From the NCBI GenBank assembly GCA_001771185.1, contig METB01000001.1, positions 503,200 to 567,199 on the forward strand: a stretch of DNA of 64,000 bases, read 5' to 3'. The notes beneath the pieces were generated by a model. That model was not told the DNA's origin, did no database searches, and saw only the letters and a program-made list of their open reading frames with translations. Below, in pieces: positions 8,221-18,501 of the stretch (the stretch's first letter is position 1; each line of letters opens with the position of its first letter). The DNA is from a candidate division Kazan bacterium RIFCSPHIGHO2_01_FULL_44_14. Lineage in GTDB: Bacteria > Patescibacteriota > Kazan-3B-28. The position numbers were made by a program, and so were the translations under genes.

Positions 8221-8474
8221 TGGTGCCAGCGACAGGACCCTCCTGTGTTTAATCTTATCGCAAGTAAATCACTTGTCTCTTGCGATATAGATATCACTAT
8301 GGAAGGACAGGTTCGCAGCCCAAGGATTACTTGTCCCGTTAAAAATTTTGGTGTCAGGGGCGGGATTCGAACCCGCGACCAGCGGCTTATGAGTCCGCTG
8401 CTCTACCACTGAGCTACCCTGACAAAATTTTTAACCGGGATGAGTCCGCTGCTCTACTGCTGAGCTACGCTGGC
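8221..8474 (-). pseudogene. Disrupted tRNA-Met-like gene enclosing the intact tRNA-Met
   Basis: 5' half GCCAGCG-TAGCTCAGCAGTAGAGCA-GCGGACTCAT (8474-8440); complementary 3' end CCTGT-CGCTGGC-A-CCA (8236-8221). Confidence 0.75.
8349..8423 (-). tRNA. tRNA-Met (CAT), probably elongator
   Basis: GTCAGGG/CCCTGAC acceptor stem, CTCATAA loop, GTTCGAAT T-loop, CCA. Confidence 0.92.
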
Positions 8475-8523
8475 GCATTCTCACCTTGGATGGGTGTGTC
8501 TTTAGTATAGTAGAGATGAGCCA

Positions 8524-9507
8524 ATGAAAAAACAAGACCTATCATATCTGATGTATTTGGGGTTGGTTGGCGCAGGGGTGAAACAGGGGGATGTGCTTGT
8601 GCTGGCGATTTCGGGTGGGCCGGATTCAATGGCCTTATTAGACATCGTTAGACAATTACAGCCACAGGAAGGGTGGCGGTTAGTGGTAGCTCACATTGAT
8701 CATGGTTTGCGGACAGAATCAAAGCGGGAGGCCAAATTAGTTGAGAATTATTGTGAGCAATATAATTTGGATGGTGTGGTGCAAACCCTTAAATTACCTT
8801 TGTCAGTTAGACGGCAATTGACTCGAGTAGAAGAAACGGCTCGGGAATTACGCTACCAGGCCTTGCGTCAAATTGCCAGACGAGTCAAAGCGCAGTTTAT
8901 TGTTACTGCTCACAATGCTGACGATCAGGTGGAAACAATTATCTTAAATTTTCTGCGAGGAAGCGGGATTAAAGGACTGGGTGGGATGCGAAGCGTATCG
9001 GGTGATATTATCCGGCCTTGGCTGACGGTACCAAAAGCCGATTTGTTAAGTTATGTGAAACGTCACAAAATCTCTTTTGCGATAGATACGACCAATGCTT
9101 CAACCAAATTCACTCGTAATCGAGTACGCCATAAATTGTTGCCAATTTTGAGGGAGTATAATCCTAACCTGGATGAATTGTTGTTAAAAAATAGTCAGCT
9201 GTTTTTACAGGCCGACATGACTTTGCGTAATTTGGCCAGAGAACTATTGGGCTTGATGGGAACAGGCAAAAGTGGTAAGGTAAACCTCTCGATTTCAAGG
9301 TTGTCAGAACTGCTGCCATTAATGCAGGTTGAGGTGGTCAAGCAAGCAGTTGAGCAGGTAGCGGGGACGACTTATAACTGGAAGGGCTCTCATTTTATGG
9401 AGATTGCCAAGTTGATAACGAGTCGTAGTCCAAATAATCAAAAACGGCTTCCAGGCAAATTGTTGGTACGCAGGGCCTATGATACGATAACCATTAGTCA
9501 GGAGTAG
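8524..9507 (+). CDS. tilS: tRNA(Ile)-lysidine synthetase
   Basis: SGGPDS PP-loop, HIDHGLR, TAHNADDQVET, RNRVRH. Confidence 0.97.
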   Translation: MKKQDLSYLMYLGLVGAGVKQGDVLVLAISGGPDSMALLDIVRQLQPQEGWRLVVAHIDHGLRTESKREAKLVENYCEQYNLDGVVQTLKLPLSVRRQLTRVEETARELRYQALRQIARRVKAQFIVTAHNADDQVETIILNFLRGSGIKGLGGMRSVSGDIIRPWLTVPKADLLSYVKRHKISFAIDTTNASTKFTRNRVRHKLLPILREYNPNLDELLLKNSQLFLQADMTLRNLARELLGLMGTGKSGKVNLSISRLSELLPLMQVEVVKQAVEQVAGTTYNWKGSHFMEIAKLITSRSPNNQKRLPGKLLVRRAYDTITISQE

Positions 9508-9515
9508 ATGGATTT

Positions 9516-9645
9516 ATCCCGTTAGAAATCACCTAACGGCACCTCCATTAACTAATAACTAGTCAGACCGGTATTTACAATAAAAACATACACTTATATT
9601 GCTAAAATATTAGCGTGGAAACGCTAGGTGGATTTTTAACGGGAT
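9516..9645. repeat. MITE-like element with CCCGTTAGAAAT terminal inverted repeats
   Basis: ATCCCGTTAGAAATC ... GATTTTTAACGGGAT; same ends as 29503-29615. Confidence 0.7.
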
Positions 9646-11434
9646 GAAACTCAATTTAGGCAGAATAGTAGGGTATTTGTTGGCTGGGTTGGTGATAATC
9701 GCTCTGCTCTACAGTTTGTTTGGTTATAGCGATACGGCGTCACAGCGGATTCCGGTTTCTGATGTGGTGCGGTTGGTTGATGCTGGGAAAGTTGAAAAGA
9801 TCGAAGTAAAGTCCGATGAAATCACGGTAATTACCACTGATGGTAAACGATTTATCGCTCGCAAGGAAGCCGGGGTATCTTTGAAGGACAGCGGGATCGA
9901 TACTTCCAAAGTTGAAGTAGATGTGATGGATGCTCAAGCCGGAGCGTTGTGGATCGGATTTTTGTCGTCTTTCTTGCCGTTCTTACTTATCTTAGGTTTC
10001 TTGTGGTTTATGTTTAGACAAGCCCAAGGTTCTGGAAATCAGGCCTTGTCATTTGGCAAATCCAAAGCCCGGCTTCAGGTTGGGACCAAAAACCGGGTGA
10101 CATTCAAAGAAGTGGCGGGGTCACACGAGGCCAAGCAAGAGTTAATGGAAGTGGTTGAGTTTTTGAAATACCCCAGCAAATTTATTAATTTAGGCGCACG
10201 GATTCCAAAAGGCGTGTTACTGGTGGGTCCTCCCGGTACCGGTAAAACTTTAATGGCAAGAGCAGTCGCAGGTGAGGCCGGTGTGCCATTTTTCAATATT
10301 AGCGGGAGCGAATTTGTGGAAATGTTTGTGGGAGTTGGGGCGAGTCGAGTGCGGGATTTATTTACCAAAGCCAAGCGCAATGCGCCAGCAATTGTATTTA
10401 TTGATGAAATTGATGCAGTTGGTCGTCAACGCGGAGCGGGTCTGGGCGGTGGGCATGACGAACGTGAACAAACTCTAAATCAAATTTTAGTAGAGATGGA
10501 TGGGTTTGAGACCAATACTAATGTAATTGTAATCGCTGCGACTAACCGACCAGATGTGTTGGACCCGGCCCTGCTTCGGCCTGGACGGTTTGATCGGAGA
10601 GTGGCATTAGAGAGGCCCGATATTAAAGATCGGGAAGCAATCTTACAGGTTCATACCAAAAACAAGCCATTGGATTCGACGGTTGATTTGCATCAAGTGG
10701 CGGCCCATACGCCAGGATTTTCAGGTGCGGACTTGCAGAATCTAGTGAACGAAGGTGCGATTTTGGCGGCCAGACACAATCAAAAGGTAATTACCAAACA
10801 GGACTTAGACGAAGCAGTGGAAAAAGTTTTGCTTGGACCAGAACGCAAAAATAAGATTTTGTCTGAACAGGAAAAAGAGATTACGGCTTATCATGAAGCG
10901 GGACATGCAGTCGTGGCACATATTTTGCCTCATACTGACCCAGTGCACAAAGTGTCGATTGTGAGTCGCGGGATGGCATTGGGTTATACCTGGAGTATGC
11001 CAGACAGAGATAGGCATCTGCATACCAAGGCCCAATTCATTGATGAGTTGGCACATATTTTAGGTGGGAGGTCAGCCGAGAAATTGATTTTCAAAGAAGT
11101 AACGACTGGTGCATCTAATGATTTACAGCGAGCGACTGAATTGGCGCGTCAGATGGTAATGCGGTTTGGGATGAGTGAGCGATTGGGACCAATTACTTTT
11201 GGCAATAGTGATGAGATGATTTTCCTGGGTCGCGAAATTCACGAAGCCAAGAACTACAGCGATAAAGTTGCGGCAGTCATTGATGAAGAAGTGGCGGCGA
11301 TTATTGATACGGCCGATAAAAAAGCCGACAAAGTGCTTCGAGATTACACCAAAGAGTTGAAGGCGATTGCGACACAACTAATTAAGACAGAGAGCTTAAA
11401 CCGTGACGAATTTGAATCCTTCTTCGACAAGTAG
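9644..11434 (+). CDS. ftsH: ATP-dependent zinc metalloprotease FtsH
   Basis: Two TM segments, GPPGTGKT Walker A, HEAGH zinc motif. Confidence 0.99.
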   Translation: MKLNLGRIVGYLLAGLVIIALLYSLFGYSDTASQRIPVSDVVRLVDAGKVEKIEVKSDEITVITTDGKRFIARKEAGVSLKDSGIDTSKVEVDVMDAQAGALWIGFLSSFLPFLLILGFLWFMFRQAQGSGNQALSFGKSKARLQVGTKNRVTFKEVAGSHEAKQELMEVVEFLKYPSKFINLGARIPKGVLLVGPPGTGKTLMARAVAGEAGVPFFNISGSEFVEMFVGVGASRVRDLFTKAKRNAPAIVFIDEIDAVGRQRGAGLGGGHDEREQTLNQILVEMDGFETNTNVIVIAATNRPDVLDPALLRPGRFDRRVALERPDIKDREAILQVHTKNKPLDSTVDLHQVAAHTPGFSGADLQNLVNEGAILAARHNQKVITKQDLDEAVEKVLLGPERKNKILSEQEKEITAYHEAGHAVVAHILPHTDPVHKVSIVSRGMALGYTWSMPDRDRHLHTKAQFIDELAHILGGRSAEKLIFKEVTTGASNDLQRATELARQMVMRFGMSERLGPITFGNSDEMIFLGREIHEAKNYSDKVAAVIDEEVAAIIDTADKKADKVLRDYTKELKAIATQLIKTESLNRDEFESFFDK

Positions 11435-11437
11435 CGC

Positions 11438-13018
11438 ATGATTAAACATCTGATTACCCGAAAATCCAGTGTATTGGAGGCAACGGCCATTTTGGCAGTT
11501 GCCTCTTTGGTTAGCCGGTTGTTTGGAGTGATGCGGGACAGTGTGATTGCGGCTCGCTATGCGGGAGATATTTCCGATGCGTATCTGGCTGCGTTTGTCA
11601 TCCCAGATTTCATTTTTAATCTGTTGATTTTGGGAGCGTTATCAAGTGCATTTATCCCAATTTTTACCGAATATCTCCAAAAAACTGGCTCCGATAAAGA
11701 GGAGGCCTGGGGGATAGTCAATTCACTAGTTAATCTTGGAGTAATGCTGCTGGCGGTGATTTTGCTGGCGGTGGCAGTATTTGCACCGACTTTAGTTCAT
11801 TTAGTGGCGCCAGGATTTGTAACCGATAAAAAAGAAATGGTGGTTGTATTGATGCGAGTAATGCTGTTGTCACCATTGTTCTTTGGATTTAGTAATTTGG
11901 CCGGTGGGATTTTAAATTCATTCAAAAACTTTTTTGCTTATGCGATTGCCCCGATTTTATACAATTTGGGGATTATCGCTGGAGCAATTTATTTGGTTCC
12001 AAAGTTCGGGTATATCGGATTGGCCTATGGAGTAGTTGGCGGGGCTTGCTTGCATATGTTGGTGCAACTGCCGGGAGTGTTCGCATTTGGGTATCGGTAT
12101 CGGCTGCATATGAATCTGCGTCATCCGGCAATTCAGCGGATGGCGATGTTAATGATTCCAAGGACTATTGGGATAGGAGTAACTCAAATCAGCACGATTA
12201 TTAATACCGCGATTGCGTCGACCCTGGCTGGGGGGGCGGTCTCGGTCTTTAAATGGGCGGATAATTTGCAGAGTTTACCAATTGGGATTTTTGGAGTGTC
12301 ATTTGCGGTGGCGGTGTTTCCGACCTTGGCCGAAAAATATAGTTTAAAAAAAATTGATGAATTCAAAGAAGATGTGGTGCAGGTTCTGCGCCAGGTAATG
12401 TTTTTTATTGTGCCGTCGATGTTGTTGTATTGGTTACTGCGAGCCCAGATTGTTCGGTTAGTTTTTGGGTATGGATTGTTTGGTTGGGACTATACTCGGT
12501 TTACGGTTTCGGCTTTGGCCTTTTTTACTTTTGGGATGTTAGGGCAATCCATTATTCATCTGTTAGCTCGGTCTTTCTACGCTCTGCAGGATACTAAAAC
12601 CCCGCTACTGGTGAGCATAGGATCGTTAGGACTAAATGTGGGATTGGCGCTAATCTTAGTTCAATACTTAGATGTGGTAGGGCTGGCGGCGGCAATTTCA
12701 ATTTCGGCCACAGTTAATGCAGGATTGTTGTTGGTGATATTGGGGAGGCGGCTTGGCGGGTTGCCCTGGCGAGGATTGAGTGAATATTTAGTAAAAATTA
12801 TTTTTGCTGGTTTCATTATGACTGGGGCGGGTTATTTGATGCTTCGGGTAATGAACTTGATTGTAACAACTCATACGGTAATAGGATTATTTGCACAGAC
12901 AGTTGTGACTGCCGGAGTGGCCGTATTGGTATATTTGGCGATTACTAGGGTGCTAAAAATTCCCGAAGTAAGTCGGATACTTAGTCCATTTCGGCGGTTG
13001 GTGAGAGTTGGGAAATAA
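11438..13018 (+). CDS. murJ: Lipid II flippase MurJ
   Basis: SRLFGVMRD, AFVIPD, SAFIPIF, RSFYALQDTKTP. Confidence 0.96.
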   Translation: MIKHLITRKSSVLEATAILAVASLVSRLFGVMRDSVIAARYAGDISDAYLAAFVIPDFIFNLLILGALSSAFIPIFTEYLQKTGSDKEEAWGIVNSLVNLGVMLLAVILLAVAVFAPTLVHLVAPGFVTDKKEMVVVLMRVMLLSPLFFGFSNLAGGILNSFKNFFAYAIAPILYNLGIIAGAIYLVPKFGYIGLAYGVVGGACLHMLVQLPGVFAFGYRYRLHMNLRHPAIQRMAMLMIPRTIGIGVTQISTIINTAIASTLAGGAVSVFKWADNLQSLPIGIFGVSFAVAVFPTLAEKYSLKKIDEFKEDVVQVLRQVMFFIVPSMLLYWLLRAQIVRLVFGYGLFGWDYTRFTVSALAFFTFGMLGQSIIHLLARSFYALQDTKTPLLVSIGSLGLNVGLALILVQYLDVVGLAAAISISATVNAGLLLVILGRRLGGLPWRGLSEYLVKIIFAGFIMTGAGYLMLRVMNLIVTTHTVIGLFAQTVVTAGVAVLVYLAITRVLKIPEVSRILSPFRRLVRVGK

Positions 13019-13022
13019 AAAA

Positions 13023-13113
13023 ATCCCGCTCCGTTTTCCTGTCTGTCATCCTGAACTTGATTCAGGATTTAGATGCTGAAATAAATTCAGCATGACAGGA
13101 AAACGGAGCGGGA
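13023..13113. repeat. Long inverted repeat (likely bidirectional terminator) containing a GTCATCCTGAA...CAGCATGAC palindromic unit
   Basis: ATCCCGCTCCGTTTTCCTGTC / GACAGGAAAACGGAGCGGGAT arms between convergent genes. Confidence 0.75.
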
Positions 13114-13126
13114 TGGCGACGACTTC

Positions 13127-13465
13127 TTAAAACTCACGCCATTCTTGTAACATCCAATCTGTCAGAGAACCTCTCCATCCAAAGCGGGGGATTCTACTGA
13201 CGATTTCAATCGTTACGAGGGGCGCGACGAATAAGTGAGTGTAGGCGATTAATGCACCGAACGGCGAAAAGCGCGTATTAATGGTTAATCCGCACACCCA
13301 CATGAGGACAAGCTCGATCAATCCCAGTAGCAGGATGACAAAGCTAATTCTGGTAGCCCAAAATGTAATCTTGGAATAGGGGAACATCATGAATGTTACA
13401 CGGGCAACTATGAATGTAACTATTCCAAATACCACCACCGGCCACCACATATCAATCTGACTCAT
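13127..13465 (-). CDS. Hypothetical membrane protein
   Basis: Three hydrophobic segments; AGGAG RBS. Confidence 0.7.
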   Translation of the reverse strand: MSQIDMWWPVVVFGIVTFIVARVTFMMFPYSKITFWATRISFVILLLGLIELVLMWVCGLTINTRFSPFGALIAYTHLFVAPLVTIEIVSRIPRFGWRGSLTDWMLQEWREF

Positions 13466-13679
13466 CGCTTTCTCCTAAAAAAGAATTTGGCGGCGATGAT
13501 TTTTACAAAATACAAATTGGTGTCTGGGGGCCTCCGTCTCTAGCGACTTGCGTCCTAAAGGGGAGGCCCGCAGATCCCCTGAAATATACTCCAAAAGGGG
13601 CCTATTGTCAAGTGGTTTATTGCTCTGGGAGCGAGAAAGAGTAAAATGAAGGTATCTTTGTACCAAGGAGGAATCTTGG

Positions 13680-13919
13680 ATGGCATACGGTGATTTTGAG
13701 CCCACTCTCCTCGTTTTTTTATGTCGGAGGGATGGCTGTCGGGCTCCGTTAGTCCAGACAGCAGGTGATGATGACGATGGCACTTCTACTTGGGAATGTG
13801 CCAAGGGTCACAAGAACCTAATCCAGTTGCATCGTTTCGGCGGACGGGTAGAGATTGTTGCACCCAAGAAATCAGAGTCGCAAGCGACCAATTGTCTCAC
13901 AGGGGCCGTAGCGACATGA
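13680..13919 (+). CDS. Small putative zinc-ribbon protein
   Basis: CRRDGC...CAKGH; AAGGAGG RBS; downstream hairpin. Confidence 0.6.
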   Translation: MAYGDFEPTLLVFLCRRDGCRAPLVQTAGDDDDGTSTWECAKGHKNLIQLHRFGGRVEIVAPKKSESQATNCLTGAVAT

Positions 13920-13983
13920 TGCATGTACCTTAAAGGCGACCGAAGCAGCGGTCGCCTTCTCACTTATCCAGTAAGATGTATTT

Positions 13984-15885
13984 ATGACCAACATTAGAAA
14001 CTTTTGCATAATCGCGCATATTGATCATGGGAAGTCGACTTTGGCTGACCGGCTTTTAGAGTTGACTAATACAATCTCCAGTCGCGAAATGAGAGCGCAG
14101 TATTTGGATACAATGGATCTGGAGCGGGAGCGGGGGATTACGATTAAACTTCAGCCGGTGCGAATGCATTACGATTACCGTCATTCTGGCAAGGGCGCCG
14201 AAGGTGGCCGCGACCAGAATCTTATACGATCCTGGGCAATCCAGGATGACGAGATCAGTGATGGCTTCTATGAATTAAATCTGATAGATACACCAGGGCA
14301 TGTTGATTTTACTTACGAAGTGTCGCGGTCATTGGCGGCCGTAGAGGGGGCACTTCTGGTGGTGGATGCGAGTCAGGGAATTGAAGCCCAAACTTTGGCG
14401 AATCTACACTTGGCTCAAGAACATCATTTAACAATTATTCCAGTTGTAAACAAAATTGATTTGCCGGCAGCGGATCCGGATAGAGTTATTCGAGAGCTCC
14501 AATCGGTAATTGGGATTGAACCCGAAGATGTCATTTTGGTATCAGCTAAAACCGGGGAAGGAGTGGAAAAAATTCTGGATGCGATTGTCGAACGGGTGCC
14601 AGCACCCAAGGGGAATGCGGACGCACCACTTCGGGCGTTAGTATTTGATTCGTATTTTGATCAGTTTCGAGGAGTGGTGGCGTATGTGCGGATTGTTGAT
14701 GGTGAGGTTAAGGCCGGTGATAACATTGTGATGATGGCAAGTAGGGCCAAAGTCGAAGTAATGGAAGTTGGGTGTTTTGCTCCAAAACTAACCAAACAGT
14801 CAATTTTGGAAACGAGTGAGATTGGTTATATCGCAACTGGTTTAAAAGATGTAAGGTCAGTGCGAGTGGGAGACACAATAACTTTGGTGGAACCAAAGTT
14901 AAGTGAAAAGTTAAAAGTGAAAAGTGAAAAGTGGGAGGGAGTGAAGGCGTTGGAGGGGTATAAGCAGGTGATGCCGTTTGTGTATGCGGGAATATTTACT
15001 ATCGATAATGCTGATTTTCCGCAATTAAGGGATGCGTTGGACAAATTACAGCTGAATGACTCTTCGTTGATATTTGAGCCAGAGAGTTCACCGGCTTTGG
15101 GATTTGGTTTTAGATGTGGATTTTTAGGTCTACTTCATTTGGATATTGTCCAAGAACGATTAGAGCGGGAGTTTAATCTGAATTTAGTAACCACTACTCC
15201 GAGTGTAAGTTATGAGGTAACAATGCCAGGGGGTGACAAGAAGATTATTCATAATCCAACTGAATTGCCACCGGCTGGAACTTACAAGGAAATTGCCGAG
15301 CCGTGGATTCGGCTGGAGGTGGTGTGTCCGGCGGAATATGTCGGGAATGTGATGCAGTTGATTCAGGGGAAGCGGGGAGTACAAGTTGATGTGAAATATC
15401 TTGATCCGACTCGGTCAGTACTAATTTATGAAATTCCGTTGGCTTCCGTGGTAACTGAATTTTATGATCAACTTAAAAGTGTGACTTCTGGTTATGCTTC
15501 GATGGCATATGAGATGTTGGAATATCGGGTAGACAATTTGGTGAAGGTAGATATTTTGTTAAATACTAAACCAATTGATACTTTGTCAGTGATTATTCAT
15601 CGGAGCGAAGCCCAAAGAATCGGCCAGAAAATCGCTACCAAACTAAAAGAACTTTTGCCGCGACAGAATTTCAAGATTGTTATCCAGGCCGCGATTGGTG
15701 GGAAGGTAATTGCTCGCGAGGAGCTTTCGCCGTATCGGAAAGATGTGACGGCAAAATTGTATGGTGGAGATGTAACACGCAAGAATAAGCTGTTGGATAA
15801 ACAGAAAAAGGGTAAAAAGCGGATGAAGATGGTGGGAGATGTTGAGATTCCTCAATCAGTATTTCGGAGCATGGTGAGTAATTAA
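13984..15885 (+). CDS. lepA: Elongation factor 4 (LepA) with two in-frame repeat-derived insertions
   Basis: HIDHGKST, DTPGH, NKID, GFRCGFLGLLH, KDVTAKLYGGD. Confidence 0.99.
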   Translation: MTNIRNFCIIAHIDHGKSTLADRLLELTNTISSREMRAQYLDTMDLERERGITIKLQPVRMHYDYRHSGKGAEGGRDQNLIRSWAIQDDEISDGFYELNLIDTPGHVDFTYEVSRSLAAVEGALLVVDASQGIEAQTLANLHLAQEHHLTIIPVVNKIDLPAADPDRVIRELQSVIGIEPEDVILVSAKTGEGVEKILDAIVERVPAPKGNADAPLRALVFDSYFDQFRGVVAYVRIVDGEVKAGDNIVMMASRAKVEVMEVGCFAPKLTKQSILETSEIGYIATGLKDVRSVRVGDTITLVEPKLSEKLKVKSEKWEGVKALEGYKQVMPFVYAGIFTIDNADFPQLRDALDKLQLNDSSLIFEPESSPALGFGFRCGFLGLLHLDIVQERLEREFNLNLVTTTPSVSYEVTMPGGDKKIIHNPTELPPAGTYKEIAEPWIRLEVVCPAEYVGNVMQLIQGKRGVQVDVKYLDPTRSVLIYEIPLASVVTEFYDQLKSVTSGYASMAYEMLEYRVDNLVKVDILLNTKPIDTLSVIIHRSEAQRIGQKIATKLKELLPRQNFKIVIQAAIGGKVIAREELSPYRKDVTAKLYGGDVTRKNKLLDKQKKGKKRMKMVGDVEIPQSVFRSMVSN

Positions 15886-16299
15886 TTTTGTTACCGACCT
15901 GCTGTCGATGCCTACCAAACGCAAGCTGGCGTTTGATCCAGCGTCTCTTTTTGCTTGTCCAAAAAGAGACATGAAAAAAGACACCCAACTTACCAATTGC
16001 TATCTGAAATACAAAATTTTCTTTCTGGCTTTCGGCAAACTCGGAGCTAGCCGGCTCCTCAAACAGTGCCTTCGCTGCGAAAATTTTGCATACAGATAAC
16101 GCAATTGGCTCGATGGGATTAGGGATGGTGGTAGGGATTTTACTCAATTGATGACGTTTCTTCTTCTATGGCGGGGAGAACGGAATAAGAGACGAGATAA
16201 TCGAGTTCTGATAATCAAGATGATTTATTTTAGTAATACTTTGCTCTAAGAGAGAGTTTGTGGTAGGTTGAGAGCATCTTAGTACCTTAGGAGGAAGTA

Positions 16300-16734
16300 G
16301 TGATTAGCTGGCTCGCGATAGTTGGGCTGACGATAATCGTCGGCTTTATTGGTGGCATCCAGGGAGGGCGGAGACTGGCTGGTGACTGGAAGTCACCAGA
16401 GGAGCAGGTTTTCAACAGCCATCCGCTACTCGCTTGGATACACGCTCTGGCAGCTGTTGCTGGACTCGTGGCGATTGTCGAGGCGTGTCTGGCGAGTGGG
16501 TGGCAGCAGATTGCGCTTTGGTGCGTTGCTGCCTGGCTCTGTCCGGTACTGATGCTTTTGGTATATCGGATAACCTACAGCCAAATTTCCTACACGTCCT
16601 TCCCTCAGTGGCCAGATGTTCGGGGTTGGCTGGCATGGCCGGTGAAGATCGCTGCGGCTCTCCTAATGTGGATCTGCGCCTTGTGCTCGCGGGATGGGTG
16701 GGAGTTGATCCGTGATGAATTCAGCGACCGCTAA
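16300..16734 (+). CDS. Hypothetical membrane protein
   Basis: Hydrophobic ORF with AGGAGG RBS and downstream hairpin. Confidence 0.65.
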   Translation: MISWLAIVGLTIIVGFIGGIQGGRRLAGDWKSPEEQVFNSHPLLAWIHALAAVAGLVAIVEACLASGWQQIALWCVAAWLCPVLMLLVYRITYSQISYTSFPQWPDVRGWLAWPVKIAAALLMWICALCSRDGWELIRDEFSDR

Positions 16735-16791
16735 CCATTTTTGTCCTGTTAATCAAGCCTCGTTGTAAAACGAGGCTTTTTACTAGCAGTA

Positions 16792-16831
16792 CTAGCACTC
16801 TATTGACAAGAGTGCTAGGGGGGTGTAGAGT
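16792..16831 (+). promoter_or_regulatory. CIRCE operator overlapping the heat-shock operon promoter
   Basis: CTAGCACTC-N9-GAGTGCTAG (16792-16818) with TTGACA inside N9; TAGAGT 17 bp downstream. Confidence 0.92.
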
Positions 16832-16918
16832 GGACTTTGCTACCGCCAATGGCGGGGTTCCGCAGGATGCGGTGATAATTTGACTTTTGGTGGTTTTGTA
16901 TTGAATACGACTGCAGAC

Positions 16919-17602
16919 ATGAAGTTAAATACCAGGCAAAAACAGGTCCTGAAGACGATTGTGGAGGAGTATGTGAAACATTCTCTTCCCGTCGGCTCTG
17001 CCCATGTGGTAGAGATGCTACCGTTTTCTGTCAGTTCGGCTACTATCCGAGGGGATATGGTCGAGTTAACCGAAAGTGGACATTTGGCACAGCCACATAC
17101 TTCAGCGGGACGGATTCCAACTGAAGCCGGGTTTAAGGACTATATTGAAACAATGTTGTATGAACACAAAGAATTGTCTTTGCGCCAACAAGAGGTTTTA
17201 TCGACACATTTTAAGCGGTTAAAAAATTTACAGGAAAGATTTAAAGAAGCAGCACGGATGTTATCGGAATTATCTGGGAGCGTGGGACTATTGATGGATG
17301 ATGCAAATCAGATATATATGTCAGGTCTATCCAAGTTGCCACAGTTGCCGGAGTTTCGGGATGAAGAATTTGGGGCGGACTTCATGGAACTACTCGAGAA
17401 TCCGGCCGAAAGTTTTAAGGCATTGATGAAACAAACCAGTAGCCAGCCACAAGTAGTGCTTGGTAAAACCAGCATGGTGGTAACTAAGTTTGGACCGGGT
17501 GGTAGACAGGTTATTTCAGTAATCGGACCAATGAGAATGAGTTATGGGAAAACTTTGCCCGCCGTCGAGTACATTGCAAAAATCCTTAATCAGGATTTTT
17601 AA
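16919..17602 (+). CDS. hrcA: Heat-inducible repressor HrcA (short form)
   Basis: PVGS, VSSATIR, QPHTSAGRIPT, VIGPMRMSY; adjacent CIRCE and grpE. Confidence 0.95.
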   Translation: MKLNTRQKQVLKTIVEEYVKHSLPVGSAHVVEMLPFSVSSATIRGDMVELTESGHLAQPHTSAGRIPTEAGFKDYIETMLYEHKELSLRQQEVLSTHFKRLKNLQERFKEAARMLSELSGSVGLLMDDANQIYMSGLSKLPQLPEFRDEEFGADFMELLENPAESFKALMKQTSSQPQVVLGKTSMVVTKFGPGGRQVISVIGPMRMSYGKTLPAVEYIAKILNQDF

Positions 17603-17629
17603 TATCCAATATCCAATACCCAATGACAA

Positions 17630-18097
17630 ATGAATAAGAAAGCGAAACAATCAGAAGGTAATGTGCCAAAAATCGACTGGGAAGTGAAAGCGAAGGAATA
17701 TGAAGCGGGTTGGAAGCGAGCATTGGCAGATTTAGATAATTATAAAAAAGACGCCGAGAAACGGCAGATGGAGATGGTCCAGTTTTTGAAAGCCAGTTCG
17801 CTGATTAAGTTTTTGGAGATTTATGATGATTTGAAACGAGCAGTTGAATTTGTAACAGATGAGCAGGCCAAGCAAGGATTGATTTCGGTACAGAATAAAT
17901 TCAAGGATTATTTGCATCAAGACGGCCTAGATGAAATTGAGTTTAAGACAGGGGATGAATTTAATCCAGAACTGGCCGAAGCGGTGAGTTATGAGGAAAA
18001 CGAAGTCGGCGAGGGGAAAGTGATTGAAACAATGGAAGTTGGTTTGAAATATAACGATAGAGTAATTAAGCCTGCGAAAGTTCGAGTCGGAAAGTAA
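17630..18097 (+). CDS. grpE: Nucleotide exchange factor GrpE
   Basis: RALADLDNYKK, FNPELAEA, RVIKPAKVRV. Confidence 0.95.
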   Translation: MNKKAKQSEGNVPKIDWEVKAKEYEAGWKRALADLDNYKKDAEKRQMEMVQFLKASSLIKFLEIYDDLKRAVEFVTDEQAKQGLISVQNKFKDYLHQDGLDEIEFKTGDEFNPELAEAVSYEENEVGEGKVIETMEVGLKYNDRVIKPAKVRVGK

Positions 18098-18148
18098 TTC
18101 CGACGAGAATCCCACCATCACTTGTGTATGGCGGGATGAGAGAAAGAA

Positions 18149-18475
18149 ATGAATATAAGTAATAAAGTAAAAATCGTCGTATTTGTGCCAGCATCGCATA
18201 CCGACATTGTTCGCGAGGCTATGGGCAAGGCGGGAGCTGGAAAGATCGGCAACTACACAAATTGTAGTTTTTCTTCCAAAGGCATCGGACGATTTAAACC
18301 AGAAGCCGGTGCTAACCCCACGATTGGTGAGGTCGGCAAACTGGAATCCGTTGAGGAGGAGCGCATAGAGATGATGTGCCCAAAAGAAGTCCTGACAAAT
18401 GTAATTGCAGCCATCAAGAGAGTGCATCCGTATGAAGAAGTGGCGTTAGATATTTATCCGTTGGATATTGAATAA
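18149..18475 (+). CDS. NIF3/YqfO PII-like domain protein
   Basis: AGAGKIGNYTNCSF, HPYEEVA. Confidence 0.88.
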   Translation: MNISNKVKIVVFVPASHTDIVREAMGKAGAGKIGNYTNCSFSSKGIGRFKPEAGANPTIGEVGKLESVEEERIEMMCPKEVLTNVIAAIKRVHPYEEVALDIYPLDIE

Positions 18476-18501
18476 TTAATTTTAAAAGCGAGGATGGAAA
18501 A

